NCBI GenBank assembly: GCA_002269645.1
Contig: NIVC01001051.1
Coordinates: forward strand, 1 to 64,000
Length of the DNA stretch: 64,000 nt
Origin: Macrostomum lignano
Taxonomy: Eukaryota
Reading direction: 5' to 3'
The position numbers and the translations under genes are program-made. This document shows, piece by piece, positions 24,210-36,300 of this stretch (positions are counted from its first letter, which is position 1; every line of letters begins with the position of its first letter). The notes beneath the pieces were generated by a model that had not been told where the DNA came from, made no database searches, and was given only the letters and a program-made list of their open reading frames with translations.

Positions 24210-27200
24210 TCAGGCGCTCCCATTGTCTCCCATGCCGTCCAGTTGACCGTCAGCGGGTCCGGAGAAATTATCAAACAGAGGATTCTGCATCGCCTTGCTG
24301 TTAATGGCTGCCCAGGCCTGCTCTCTCCTGGCCGCTTCCAGTGCCTCGCGCTGCCGTTCCTCTTTGTACCGATTGGTGCACTCGTCGAACAGGCGCTGGT
24401 TCATCTCCATCAGCAGCTTGAGCGCATTGTAAATCAGTCCATGAATTGTCTTGTTCCAATGCTGCTTGGTCTGGTACAGAGCCGGGAACACTATAGGCAG
24501 CACTTCGCGCACGTTCTCCGACATCAGCGACAGCACGTACTCGTTGTTCCAGAAGTACAGGGCGCGCTCGGCCACCTGGGTTTGGGATAATGCCGGATGG
24601 GATCTTGATAGATTCCATTGGGATAATGCTGAATGGAATCTTGATAAATCCCATTGGGATAATGCTGAATGGCATCTTGATAAATCCGATTGGATAATGC
24701 TGAATGGCATCTTGATAAATCCCATTGGGATAATGCTGAATGGCATCTTGATAAATCCCATTGGGATAATGCTGAATGGCATCTTGATAAATCCCATTGG
24801 ATAATGCTGAATGGGATCTTGATAACTCCCATTGGGATAATGATGAATGGGATCTTGATAAATCCCATTGGGATAATGCTGAATGGGATCTTGATAACTC
24901 CCATTGGGATAATGCTGAATGGCATCTTGATAAATCCCATTGGATAATGCTGAATGGGATCTTGATAACTCCCATTGGGATAATGCTGAATGGGATCTTG
25001 ATAAATCCCATTGGATAATGCTGAATGGGATCTTGATAAATCCCATTGGGATAATGCTGAATGGCATCTTGATAAATCCCATTGGAATAATGCTGAATGG
25101 CATCCTGATAAATCTCATTGGGATAATGCTGAATGGGATCTTGATAACTCCCATTGGGATAATGCTAAATGGGATCTTGATAAGTTCTCTAGGGATAATT
25201 CTGGAATGGGATCTTGATAATTTCCGTTGGGATAATTCTGGAATGGGATATGATTATTTCAGTTGGGATAATGCTGAATGGGATATTGATAATTCCAGTT
25301 GGGATAATGCTGAATGGCATCTTTTGGATGCCAGGAGTAGGACGGTGACTAATGGGATATTTGAGTTTCAGTAAAGGGATTTTTGGAACGGGACAATGGC
25401 ACATGGGATTTATCAGTTCAGAACAGTAAGGATGTCGAATAGGATATTCTGAATTATAGTTCAGTCGTGAGGACAATTTAACTCACCTGAAAGTGAGGCG
25501 AGCTGACGCACTTGGACAGCTGGCCGAAAAGCGGCTGGATGACTTTCTGGAACTCGGCCGGCTCGATAACGTCCAAGATCTCTTCGAGCTCGTTGAGAAA
25601 CATCACCTCCTTGGGCGAGTGAACTTTTGGCCAGAATTTGAGCAGGCCAAGCAGCACAGGCTGGGTGAGGGTGTGGTCCTTCTCTAGGAACTGCACCACG
25701 CAGTAGGCCAGCTGCGGGTGATAGACGCTCAGCGATTTCACTTTGTGCAGCGGCAGCAGGACGCGCAGCAGGAACACTTTGTGCTCCTCTTTGAGCGGCA
25801 AGGCGAAACCGTTGATGATGCTGCCCAGAATCTCCAGCAGCTCGGCGATGCCGTTGTGGCGCTCGGTTTCGTAGATGAACCTGCGATTCGGGTAGGAGAT
25901 TGAAGGGAAGAAATAAGGGGAGAATGAATGAATGGAAAAAAGGGAATGAAGGGAAGAATGGGGGGAATGAAGGGAGGGAAGAATGAAGGGAGGGAAGAAT
26001 GAAGGGAGGGAATGAAGGAAGGGAAGAATGAAGGAAGGGAATTATGAAGGGAGGGAAGAATGAAGGGAGGGAATGAAGGAAGAGAGGGAATGAAGGAAGG
26101 GAATTATGAAGGGAGGGAAGAATGAAGGGAGGGAATGAAGGAAGGGAAGAATGAAGGAAGGGAATTATGAAGGGAGGGAAGAATGAAGGGAGGGAATGAA
26201 GGAAGGGAGGGAATGAAGGAAGGGAATTATGAAGGGAGGGAAGAATGAAGGGAGGGAATGAAGGAAGGGAAGAATGAAGGAAGGGAATTATGAAGGGAGG
26301 GAAGAATGAAGGGAGGGAATGAAGGAAGGGAGGGAATGAAGGAAGGGAATTATGAAGGGAGGGAAGAATGGAGGGAATGAAGGAAGGGAAGAATGAAGGA
26401 AGGGAATTATGAAGGGAGGGAAGAATGAAGGGAGGGAAGAATGAAGGGAAGGAATGAAGGAAGGGAGGGAATGAAGGAAGGGAATTATGAAGGGAGGGAA
26501 GAATGAAGGGAGGAAATGAAGGAAGGGAAGAATGAAGGGAGGGAAGAATGAAGGGAGGGAAGAATGAAGGGAGGGGATGTAGGAGGCAATAAAGAAATAA
26601 ATTACATTGACAATATATTATATCAGTAAACTACAAGTGAGCATTAAAAATGAATTTCAAAAAGCCTTACAAGAAAATAAGCAGACCTAATTTACAAAGA
26701 ATGACTCACCTGTAGAAAATATTATTAATATGCTTGCGGATCAGGCCGCGCAAGCCCACAAACTTGCCGTAGATTCTGTGCAGAATAGTTTTAAGAAAAT
26801 CGCGCTCCCTCGGATCCTCGCTGTCGAACATGTCCAACAGCTGCAGCACGAAGGCGTGATCGATGCACCGCTTAGCCAGCGACGCTTGAAAGTCGGGCGA
26901 TTCTAAGAAACGCAGAAAAAACTCGCACACCAGGTGCAGATGCGGCCAGGCCGCCTCCAGATTGGGCTCGTCCTCTTCCGGATCGAATTCCGCGCCGAGA
27001 GGATTGGACGGCGGCGGCAGGGTGCGGAACACGTTGGCGGCAAACATGGCGACGGCGTCGGTGTACACAGGCTCGGTCAGGGCGCCCTGGGCAACCGTGA
27101 CGAATTCTACAAGCTCTTGGAGGGCCAGGCGCTTCACCTCCTTGTACTTGAGGTCGGAAGCGGGTCCTGGGCGAAGTCGAAGACCACGCAGCACTGGCGC

Positions 27201-27568
27201 AGTTTCTGCAACAGCAGAGCCTCCCGTTCCTGCTCGTTAGCGGCATCCTTCAGCGCTGGCAAAGCTAACAGCTCGCGATTCTTGCTAACTTGATGGCTGC
27301 AACTGCCGCTGCGGGCTTCCCGCGTTGCGTTGCTAGGCAACAGAGGCGGCGGCGTGGCTGCCGGGATTGGCGAACTGGCCTTGGCTTGTTCCAGCGGCTT
27401 GGCTGCAGCGGCCGCGGAGGCTGCGGCAATGGAGGCCGCCGCAGATGATGCAACCGAGGAAGACGATGTTGTTGTTATTGCTGTTGTTGACGATGGAGGA
27501 GACTGGGACTGGGCTGAGGATGGTGGCGGAGTTGGCGCCAGCTTTTGATCGCTGCCAGCTACTGGCAT
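24210..27568 (-). CDS. PPP2R5: PP2A regulatory subunit B56/B-prime, ~539 aa; exons 27568-26710, 25880-25487, 24575-24210; 1-bp deletion at ~27158
   Basis: Motifs [99 protein letters not shown]. Exon 1 is 859 nt and needs one more base to satisfy its phase-2 intron, consistent with a single missing T in CCGCT(T)TCC. Confidence 0.95.
24585..25320. repeat. 36-bp minisatellite in B56 intron 2, abutting the acceptor
   Basis: Unit CCCATTGGGATAATGCTGAATGG(C/G)ATCTTGATAAAT. Confidence 0.95.
25915..26580. repeat. Purine-rich minisatellite in B56 intron 1
   Basis: GAAGGGAGGGAAGAAT / GAAGGAAGGGAATTAT units. Confidence 0.95.
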
Positions 27569-30175
27569 AGCCGGGCTGATGGGTCCATGCAAATTTTTGG
27601 GAATTTTTTGTTGCTTCCCATGTATCTCAGTTGTAAGGTAAAAGGACATAAGAAACTGTTTTTAGCCTAAATTTCCGAAAGTTTAAAGAACCAAGTGAAA
27701 AATAAGCCAACATATTCGATGCATTACTTGCAGATTCATATTCAGACATTGTTTTGCTTATTTAAGTTTTTGGATAAGAGAAAAGAGGAGAGGGGAGAGA
27801 AGAGAGGGGAGCTAGAGTGGAGAGGGGGAGAGAGGAGGGAGAGTGGAGAGAGGAGATATATATCCTCTATATTTAGTAAAAGTGCTTCATACTAAATTCG
27901 GGAACACTTTTACTTTGGCTTGGCTTATACCAATGCCAATGAAATAATTTGTAGTATATTTATCAGTTTAAGATTATCAATATTTTAGTCCTAATTAATG
28001 AAATGTGATTGAGTCCTAACTTTCTATCCTTCAAAATGAATAAATTAAGTATGCTTACAATAAGCTACACACACATTCTCTCTATGGTCTCTAGGAGATT
28101 TTCCAATTTAAAGGTGGAATATTTTACACATATAGCCAAATAGATAGCATGGACAAACTTATTTGGAGCATTAGTCAAATGCTTGTAAGATATATATATA
28201 TATATATTGGCTATACTGGGTTGGTAGCTTTATACCTGTTTCTAGACTGATACAATATTTTTAGTGATGAAAATGATGATTTGCAAGTCATCTAAATCAT
28301 AGAAATTAAATAACATAACACATAAAGACTCAATGAAAGCCTAGGTGGTTGGTTACTTACTTGTACATGGAAGCTATAGCCTATCCTAAACTAGTTGTTA
28401 ACTACTGCCTTAACTCTTTTGAGCTAGCAGGGCTATTATTGCTAGCATCTACCAAATATTTCATTCAGGATGCAGTGTGATTACCAATTGCTACACAAAA
28501 CCAACCAGCTTAACAAAGCCAGAGGAATATATTGAGGATAATATTTAAGCCCCCAATGACAATCTTTATATATTATTCTATAATTGAATGTTTAAACAAC
28601 TAATATCTAGTCTTTTATATAGTTTAACATTATTTTAAAAGCAAAACTTCTTATTCTTTTTTATATCTTTATATTAGGCTTTGCTGGTTATAAAAGTGAT
28701 ATCAAAAGGAAAGCTTTACAAAGTGACACTATTAGGGACAATTACAAGCTTCTAGGCTTATTTGTTCCTACAATAAAGAACCTGGCAATCGTGAATATTG
28801 CTAACTATAGAGCAGCTTAATCTCATGATCTGTAGTTTGTTCTTTAGGCAAACCTTTCTATTGAGAATGTAAGATTCAATTTTGCAACAAATTCATACAT
28901 TGCAATACCTAGCCAACTTGGCTGATTTGACCAGCTAATAAGGGGCCTAGCCAAGGTCAGTCAAAAATGCCAACCCAAAAATAGAGACATAGTAACTAAT
29001 TAAATGAAGATGCATTTGGCCTTAATAATATTCATAGTTATTCTTACCATTTTTGGTCAAAAAGTAAGCAGCTAATGAACTAAAGGCATTTAATAAGGCC
29101 AATAGGGTCTTTAGATCCTAATTCACTAATGGATAGTCAACAGATGCAATGTTGGCATGGCCTGGGGAATTGGATAATATCCTACCTAGAGGGTATTGTG
29201 ATACCTGTGAAATTATGGCTATCTGGAGATAGTGTTTTGGCAACATTTTGGTCAATAATATTCACAAATAGAAATTAAAAAAATCACATAATTATACTTT
29301 AATGAGAATATTTCTAAGACCTAATAAAATATTCTGTGCTACCTATAATTTGTTCCAATATATGTTCACAGCCTGCTAACAAACTTATCATTGTTGTGAA
29401 TGTTATCAATTAATAATTAGTCATTGACATTGTTGTCACTAATGCTAAGCATGAATGTATTGCCAAAGCTATCAAAGTTGTACAATACTATATAGATCTT
29501 TGCATTTCATCAACCAAGCATTGCTAAATAATGACATCATTTTTGCTATGAGATATATAACTTTCTAGTGCCTATGAGTGTTCCATTTGTTTAGCTGATA
29601 GACCTCATTGATCTAAGGTGATTTAAATCTCATCTGGTATATAGAGGCATAGAAAAAATATTCCTTGTTGATTTTAGTGCTTTCTCATTAACATTTTGAC
29701 TATTTGATAGTAACACTTAGCTATGGTATTTCTGTATCATAGCTTGTAAAGTGGCAAGTGCAGAAATATATTTCTAAGGATTTCTATATTGACTATAGCT
29801 TTTTAACTCTTTTAACTTTTGCTAGAATGCTGTTTTTCATTAATATCATAGTAGTCTATTTAAGTAACATTCCCTATAAGGTTCAAGCCTAGCTAGAACT
29901 GATTAAGCAAAAAACATATTGAAAGTTTTATATAAGATATCCTATAGAAATTTTATATGCTAGCTGTCCTTATATATTTGCTTTGAAAGTTCAAAGCATT
30001 GAAGCTATTTAACTACAAAATATTTTAGCATATTGTGCAATATGACTATGCCAAATTATATGCAGTCTATATTATTACTCTTAGTCATGAATGTTAACTT
30101 ACTAAGGAACTAGAGAAAATAATGATAATATCAATAGCACTTATAATAATTAGTACTTGAACTAGAATAAACGAG

Positions 30176-30912
30176 TATAACTTTGGCCATCAACTTTTCC
30201 GTCAACTTTTCCGTTAACTTTTCCGTCAACTTTTCCGTCAAGTATTCCGTCAACTTTTCTGTCAAGTATTCCGTCAAATTTTCCGTCAACAATTTATTGT
30301 TCTGAAAAAGCATATGTGACTTTCTCAAATAGGATCATCATGCGAGTAGCTCTTTGATCATTTATTGTGTTTGCATGCTTATATATATCGATGAAAAAAC
30401 AAGCTTGCATTAGTAACAACGTACATCTTTTCCATTTTCCCTAGTACCAGCGCTTTATTTCACAAAGATAAATTGATGAACAAGTGCAGATGTTGTAGTG
30501 CAGGTAGTGCAGCAATACCAATTAAATTCTGGAACATGTCGCGCTGGAAATTTTTGTGTGTATTTTTTATTTCTAATTTATACATGTACATTGTGTATAG
30601 GCTATACTCAACAAATTTAAAGCATATATAAAAAATTGCTAAGGAAACTGCACTTATGCAAAAAATTAACACTTTCCATTCAAAGTACACAAAAAATTTG
30701 ATAGAATATATTTTATGGACTTGCATAAATGTTGATGAAATAGTTAACAGAAAAGTGATGTCGATGAGATATTTGGTGGAAAAGTTGACGGAAAAGTTGA
30801 CGGAATAGTTAACGGAAAAAGTTATTTATCCTACTAACAAGAAAAGTTGACGGAATAGTTGATGGAATAGTTAACAGAAAAGTTAACGGAAAAGTTGACG
30901 GCCAAAGTTATA
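30176..30912. mobile_element. Foldback-like element with inverted arms built of 12-bp tandem repeats
   Basis: Left arm TATAACTTTGGCCATCAAC(TTTTCCGTCAAC)n; right arm (AAAAGTTGACGG)n...GGCCAAAGTTATA. No TSD identified. Confidence 0.6.
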
Positions 30913-31459
30913 GGCCCCCCTATTCGTTTTATCTAATTGAATAATTTTACCAATGTTAATTGTTGATACTATAAGAAGTTTAATATTAGAAAAAGTACTT
31001 TTTATGTTGAAAAACATGCTATTTTACATTTAAAACTTGAAATGACAATTAAAATATAAAAATTAAAAACATTTAAGCCCTTCAAAACTTTTATAAATAT
31101 TAAGTTATGATTTCAATTTATTAAAAAATAATTAAGACATATTTAAACTACATTATCAACAATTTTATAGATAGGCTTAGATACCCAATTAACTATATGT
31201 CTATTACCTATAGCCTAGCCTACCTTGGAAGTTCTATGGATGGTATAGTCTTTTGTGTCTAATAAAATATATTTTTTGTTGGCAATCTTCTAGAATCGTT
31301 CGTTTAATTATTTGTCTGATAGGCCTACCTCTAGGCCTCAGCATGCCACATATTGAGTATTAAAAATTTTAAATGTTATTTGGATAATTGAAAAAAACAT
31401 ATTGATTTGGCATAATCCTAGTTTCCTACACTAAATTATTTCGCCCTCTATTCAAGGGT

Positions 31460-31523
31460 ACGTGTGTGACTTTTTCCGTCGGATATTCCGCCACATAATT
31501 CCGACGGAAAAAGTCACACACGT
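31460..31523. mobile_element. 64-bp hairpin mini-MITE with a 9-10-bp TSD (Mutator/MULE-like)
   Basis: Perfect 24-bp arms ACGTGTGTGACTTTTTCCGTCGGA / TCCGACGGAAAAAGTCACACACGT with a 16-nt loop. Direct repeat TTCAAGGGT(A) at 31451-31459 and 31524-31532. Confidence 0.85.
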
Positions 31524-32619
31524 TTCAAGGGTAGGGGGGTTGGAATATAACGAAGTAAACTAGAACTATGCCTTGAATTTTAGCCTATTTCATGACTGAC
31601 TATGGCTAGATGACCTAGGCTACTAGGCTAGGGCTAGAGAAACAACAACCATTGTTCCAAAAATCCCAAATAACCAAACTTTTCATATAAATACCTCAAT
31701 ACCAATTACCATTGAAGCTAAAGGGACTAAAGGGACTAAAGGGACTAAAGGAAGCTAGAGGGAGATACGTGCTATAAAGTTTTTATTATTGAATGACAAT
31801 CGCCAAGAAGAAAGTGAAAAATTGTGCTAAGTGAGGTTGTTAAGGCAGTCAAACATTCAACAGAATTAAATAGTTATACTGCTGTTTTTCTTGGAAGATC
31901 CGAACCGATTCTGATTCTGGAATATGAAAAGCCGCGCTATGGATAGTTTTCTCTAATTCCGTTTCAAATTCGTGCCAAAAGGAGCTAAAACCGTATACTT
32001 CTTAAACCAAGCGAAATCGGGTATATATTGAAGCTGGAATGTGATTATTTACACCCCAGTGTTGCATTTATTGGTGTCTAAAACTACTCAAAGTAATGTT
32101 AAGTGTGTCGAAACGATTATAATGTGTTTACTTTAGTGCGAATTTAAATTGTTTAGGGGGCCTAATGAACACTTTATCCCAAGATCGAGACTACTGACGC
32201 TATGGATTACTCTAGAATCATACATCCATTCAAGATTCAACACTTGAACCATTATCCACCAGTGCTAACTCAAACTTAAGAAACTCATCTGTGACTTTGC
32301 TGACTTTGCAGTTGTATGTCCCAGTGCACGAGGCCGAACTTATAGATGAAAAATAGCTTTTTTAAGGGAAGTGCTTATCTCCATGCTCCATCCTACAGTC
32401 CTGTGCTGATAATTCCAATTTTATTCACACGGATCCGTGTCGATTATTTCAAGCATATCCCCATGGCAGCTTATTGAAATAGCTGCCACCATTTAAGTTT
32501 GTAGGCCATGTCATTAATTCCTATTTTATTTTTATCCACATGGATCTGGGTCAATAATTTTTAGAATTTCAGTTTCAGCTTATCCTTATGGCAGCCTATT
32601 GTAATAGCTGCCACCATTC

Positions 32620-33303
32620 TAGAGCTATCATAAGATCTCGACGAGACAAGATTTGAGACAAGATCTCGACATTTTTTCTCGTCTTGAGAAATCTTGAATT
32701 TTGTCAAGAAATTCGAGACGAGATTCAAGAATTTTTCTGATACCTTTTTTCAAAACCTTTTAAGTGATAAGATATAAAAAAGGGAGCAAATTTTCATATA
32801 AATACAACTGTTTGTTGTAACACGCTTGATAGGGCAATTTTCAAATGGTAAAATCTAGCCAATGTCGAGCAGTTATTTAACAAACGTCGTTATATACGAG
32901 TTTGCATTGCATATGTGCTCTATTAGTTATCATTTCAGTTCTGCAGCAAGGTGTATCATAGCAGACTTGAAGACAATCTACACAGGTCTTTTGACGAATT
33001 AGTAATAGATATAGTAGGGCCAAGGGCCTATATGCTACAAGCATAAATTCTTATGAATAAATAGCAAAGAATTTAAACTAGAATTAAGAAAGTATTCTAG
33101 AAAATCTAAAAAATATATTTTAGAATTGTATCTTATCAAGAAATTTAAGACAAGATAAGGCAAGATAAGAGCAAGACAAGATGCAATTCTGAAATATATT
33201 TTTTAGATTTACTTTGTCTTGTCTTGTCTCGAAATTCTCGACTTATAAGCCTTTCTCATCTTGAATCTCGTCTCGAATAAAATCTCTAATTTTGACAGCT
33301 CTA
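32620..33303. mobile_element. Non-autonomous hAT MITE (684 bp)
   Basis: TIRs TAGAGCTATCA / TGACAGCTCTA (10/11). 8-bp TSD CACCATTC at 32612-32619 and 33304-33311. Subterminal GAGAC/GACAAG repeats. Inserted into a degenerate ~110-bp tandem repeat (32410-33400). Confidence 0.88.
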
Positions 33304-36300
33304 CACCATTCAAGTCTGTAGGTCATGTTGATAGGCCTAATTCTAATTTATCCACATGGATCTGTGTCAATAATTATCAGCTTATCCCCATGGCCTCTTG
33401 GCAATCCTTTGGTTTACGATCACTCTATTTTGCCAGTTTTGGTTTACAATCACCTATTTTTCCAGTTTCGGTTTATGATCACCTTATATTTTGCTCACTA
33501 AATGGCATATTCAAAACTAAGACATAAAAACCAATAGGCCTAGTAGTTTAGTTTCATAGAAGTTGGTCCATGGAAGATGGAAGTTGGCTGATCAACTAAC
33601 TTTGTTTATTTGAAATTGAAAAGATTTGTACATTGGTTCACTAGTAGCTTATATATATCACCTTTTGTTTACAATCATCTGAAGCTGGCTATAGGAAAGC
33701 ATGTCAACCCTAGCTCAGTATAATTAATCTTCAGTGCCACACCCCCCTCACTTTTAGTTTACAATCACTTCTACAGATAACATATGCACTCCATTAAAAT
33801 GATTGTGAACCAAAGCTGGCTGTAGGAAAGCATGTCAACCCTTAGTATACTTTCTTATGGCCAGCTTTGGTTCTCGATCATTTTAATGGGCAATATATGT
33901 TTGGGTGATTGTAAACCAAAGGTAAAATATATAGGCTACCGTAGCTCAAACTTGCGACTTGACAGTTGAAATTAGTTTGACAGGTTTTCCTACTACTAGC
34001 TTTGGTTTGCGATCATTTCAATGGGCAACATACATTTGGGTGATTGTAAACCAAAGGTGAAATAGGCCTATAAGGTGCTATGACAATCTTACCATCTTTT
34101 GAAATAAACAATGTTAATTTGCCAACATTTGATTTTGTTTCATTGGAAACTATAGATTTTATGTCTTACAACTGTTTTTTGTGGTGATCGTCACTGTTTA
34201 AGGTGATTGTCACTGTTTGGGATAATCGTAAACCAAAGGAATGCTGGCCTCTTAAATTGAAATAGTTGCCACTATTCAAGTCTAGACTCTATAGGCCTAC
34301 TAGGCCTATATTATAGGCTTAGCCATGATAAACACTAAAAAAAATACAATAAGATTTTTAAAACTACAAACATGCTATTAAACTATATATAAATAATAGA
34401 TGCAGAAGGACCTTTAGGGTCCTTAAACAGATTCATTTAAAGGCCACTTAGTAAAATATAGAATCCGCAATAGAATCAGAATGAAATAGCTCAGTAAAAT
34501 GTGGAATCTGCAATGGAATGGTAAAATGCAGAATGAGCAACAGAATCCAGTAACTTTAAATTTAACTAAAATTCAAATGCAAAGTAGCTGAAGTGCATTA
34601 TGATCTAATGACTAATATATATAATCTTATAACAATAAAGCTTTCAAAATTTTACCAAACTACTAGAAAGAAAATTATGATAATAATTTTCAACACCCAT
34701 CAGCCATATTATTTACAAGAGAACCTATATTACTACTTTGAGTAAGGTCCAATAGATGCTGCTATTTCTAGTTCAGTTTATGCAGTTATATTGCTATAAG
34801 CAAAGCTATATATATTTAAAATTTCATTTTTTGATTCTTATATTTCACATTTTACTTCAAGTTAGTGTATTCCGCAATTGATTCTACACTTTACCATTTT
34901 GCTGCAGATTCCAAACTTTACTATGTTATTCTATTCTGATTCCACTGCAGATTCCATGTTTTATTGGGTACCCATTTAAAGGTGCTTTATTCCAATCTAA
35001 AAGTTATTTATTAAAGGTTATTCTAACTATAACTTTGATTATAGGCTTAAATAAAAATTATAAGCCTAATTGTCAATAATATAGTATTGGCTATTGATTA
35101 TTTAAAAGCTAGGCCTATCCAAAACTAGATAGTTTGGTAAATAAGATATACATTTAGAGGTTGAAATAAGAGGAATTGATAAAAGAAAAAGCTTCCATTT
35201 TTATACTTTACCTTCCTCTCAGCCTTCCTTTTATTTCTTCAAAGCAATTAGAAATAGGTTTGCCTTGTGGCTATATTAGTCTATAGCCATCTTGGTCTAT
35301 TACCTAGGCATTACATATAAATTATAATATTAATATAGATAGGCCTAAATATAGTCCAGCCACTTTACTTTGATATAGCTAAGTATCTTAGCCCTATCTA
35401 GGCTTTTATATTACCTAGACTATTAATAAGTGTATATATAAGCATATATATTATGAATACATGTCTGGCTCATTCCATATAAGATAGACATATTTGGAAA
35501 ATAGAAAAAAGTCAATATTTTTGCTTGCCATTGCCTTATAAGCCTATTTTTTACCAAATGTTTTTTATGTGCAATATATACAATCTAAAAATAAATGAAT
35601 GGTAAAATGGTGGATTAGTATGTTATCAATTGCCAAAAAGTCATTTTTGTAAAAATTTGGACATTTTTCGAAGCAAAAGACATCATTAAGATTTTGTACC
35701 TTTTAAAAACAGATAGAAAGCTTTTAAAGGTTGAAACAAACTATAGATAAAAGTATAGTACTTGCATCATCAGATAAAAGCATTGGTAACCAAATAATCT
35801 ATTATATTTTTAATGTATTAGTACCTCAAAGTTACTAAATTGACAGAAAAAAATATGTTACAACCATAATGTTACGACCATAAGGCTGCCTTTTCTTTTG
35901 TATCTTTGTTGCCTTTTGAGTTTATATATTCTAATAAAAGAGTATGATTTCTAAAGATGTTCTTAGTCAAATTTTAAAAAGGTATTGCAAAATATCAAAA
36001 ATGAAAAATGTTATAAGACTTTTACCTTTTAGTTTCTATATGTCAAAAATCCTGTCATTACGACCATAAGTGTCATTTAAGGTTTAATAGCATCTATACT
36101 AATGATGATGTCTATATAAAACTCTATAAATATATTCTAGAGAAAATAATCTTTCATTTAAAATATTGGTTTAGTATATTCTATTATTAGATTTCATTTT
36201 ATAAGTAAAAATAGCCTATCATGTTACGACTGTGCTTATATGGAATGAGCCATCTATGCAATATGCAATATTTAAACATTTGTCTACAATATGCTCAGGG

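Noticed and set aside
21347-26580. ORFs from the 24-bp, 36-bp and polypurine arrays (GNLESHSL, PLPSS, RGEGK, WDNAEW)
   Set aside because: Tandem-repeat artefacts. Two of these arrays are B56 introns defined by conserved exon boundaries.
33400-34970. Degenerate inverted motif clusters (GGTTTACAATCACC and GGAATCTGCA types)
   Set aside because: Probably old MITE remnants, but ends and TSDs could not be defined from the sequence.
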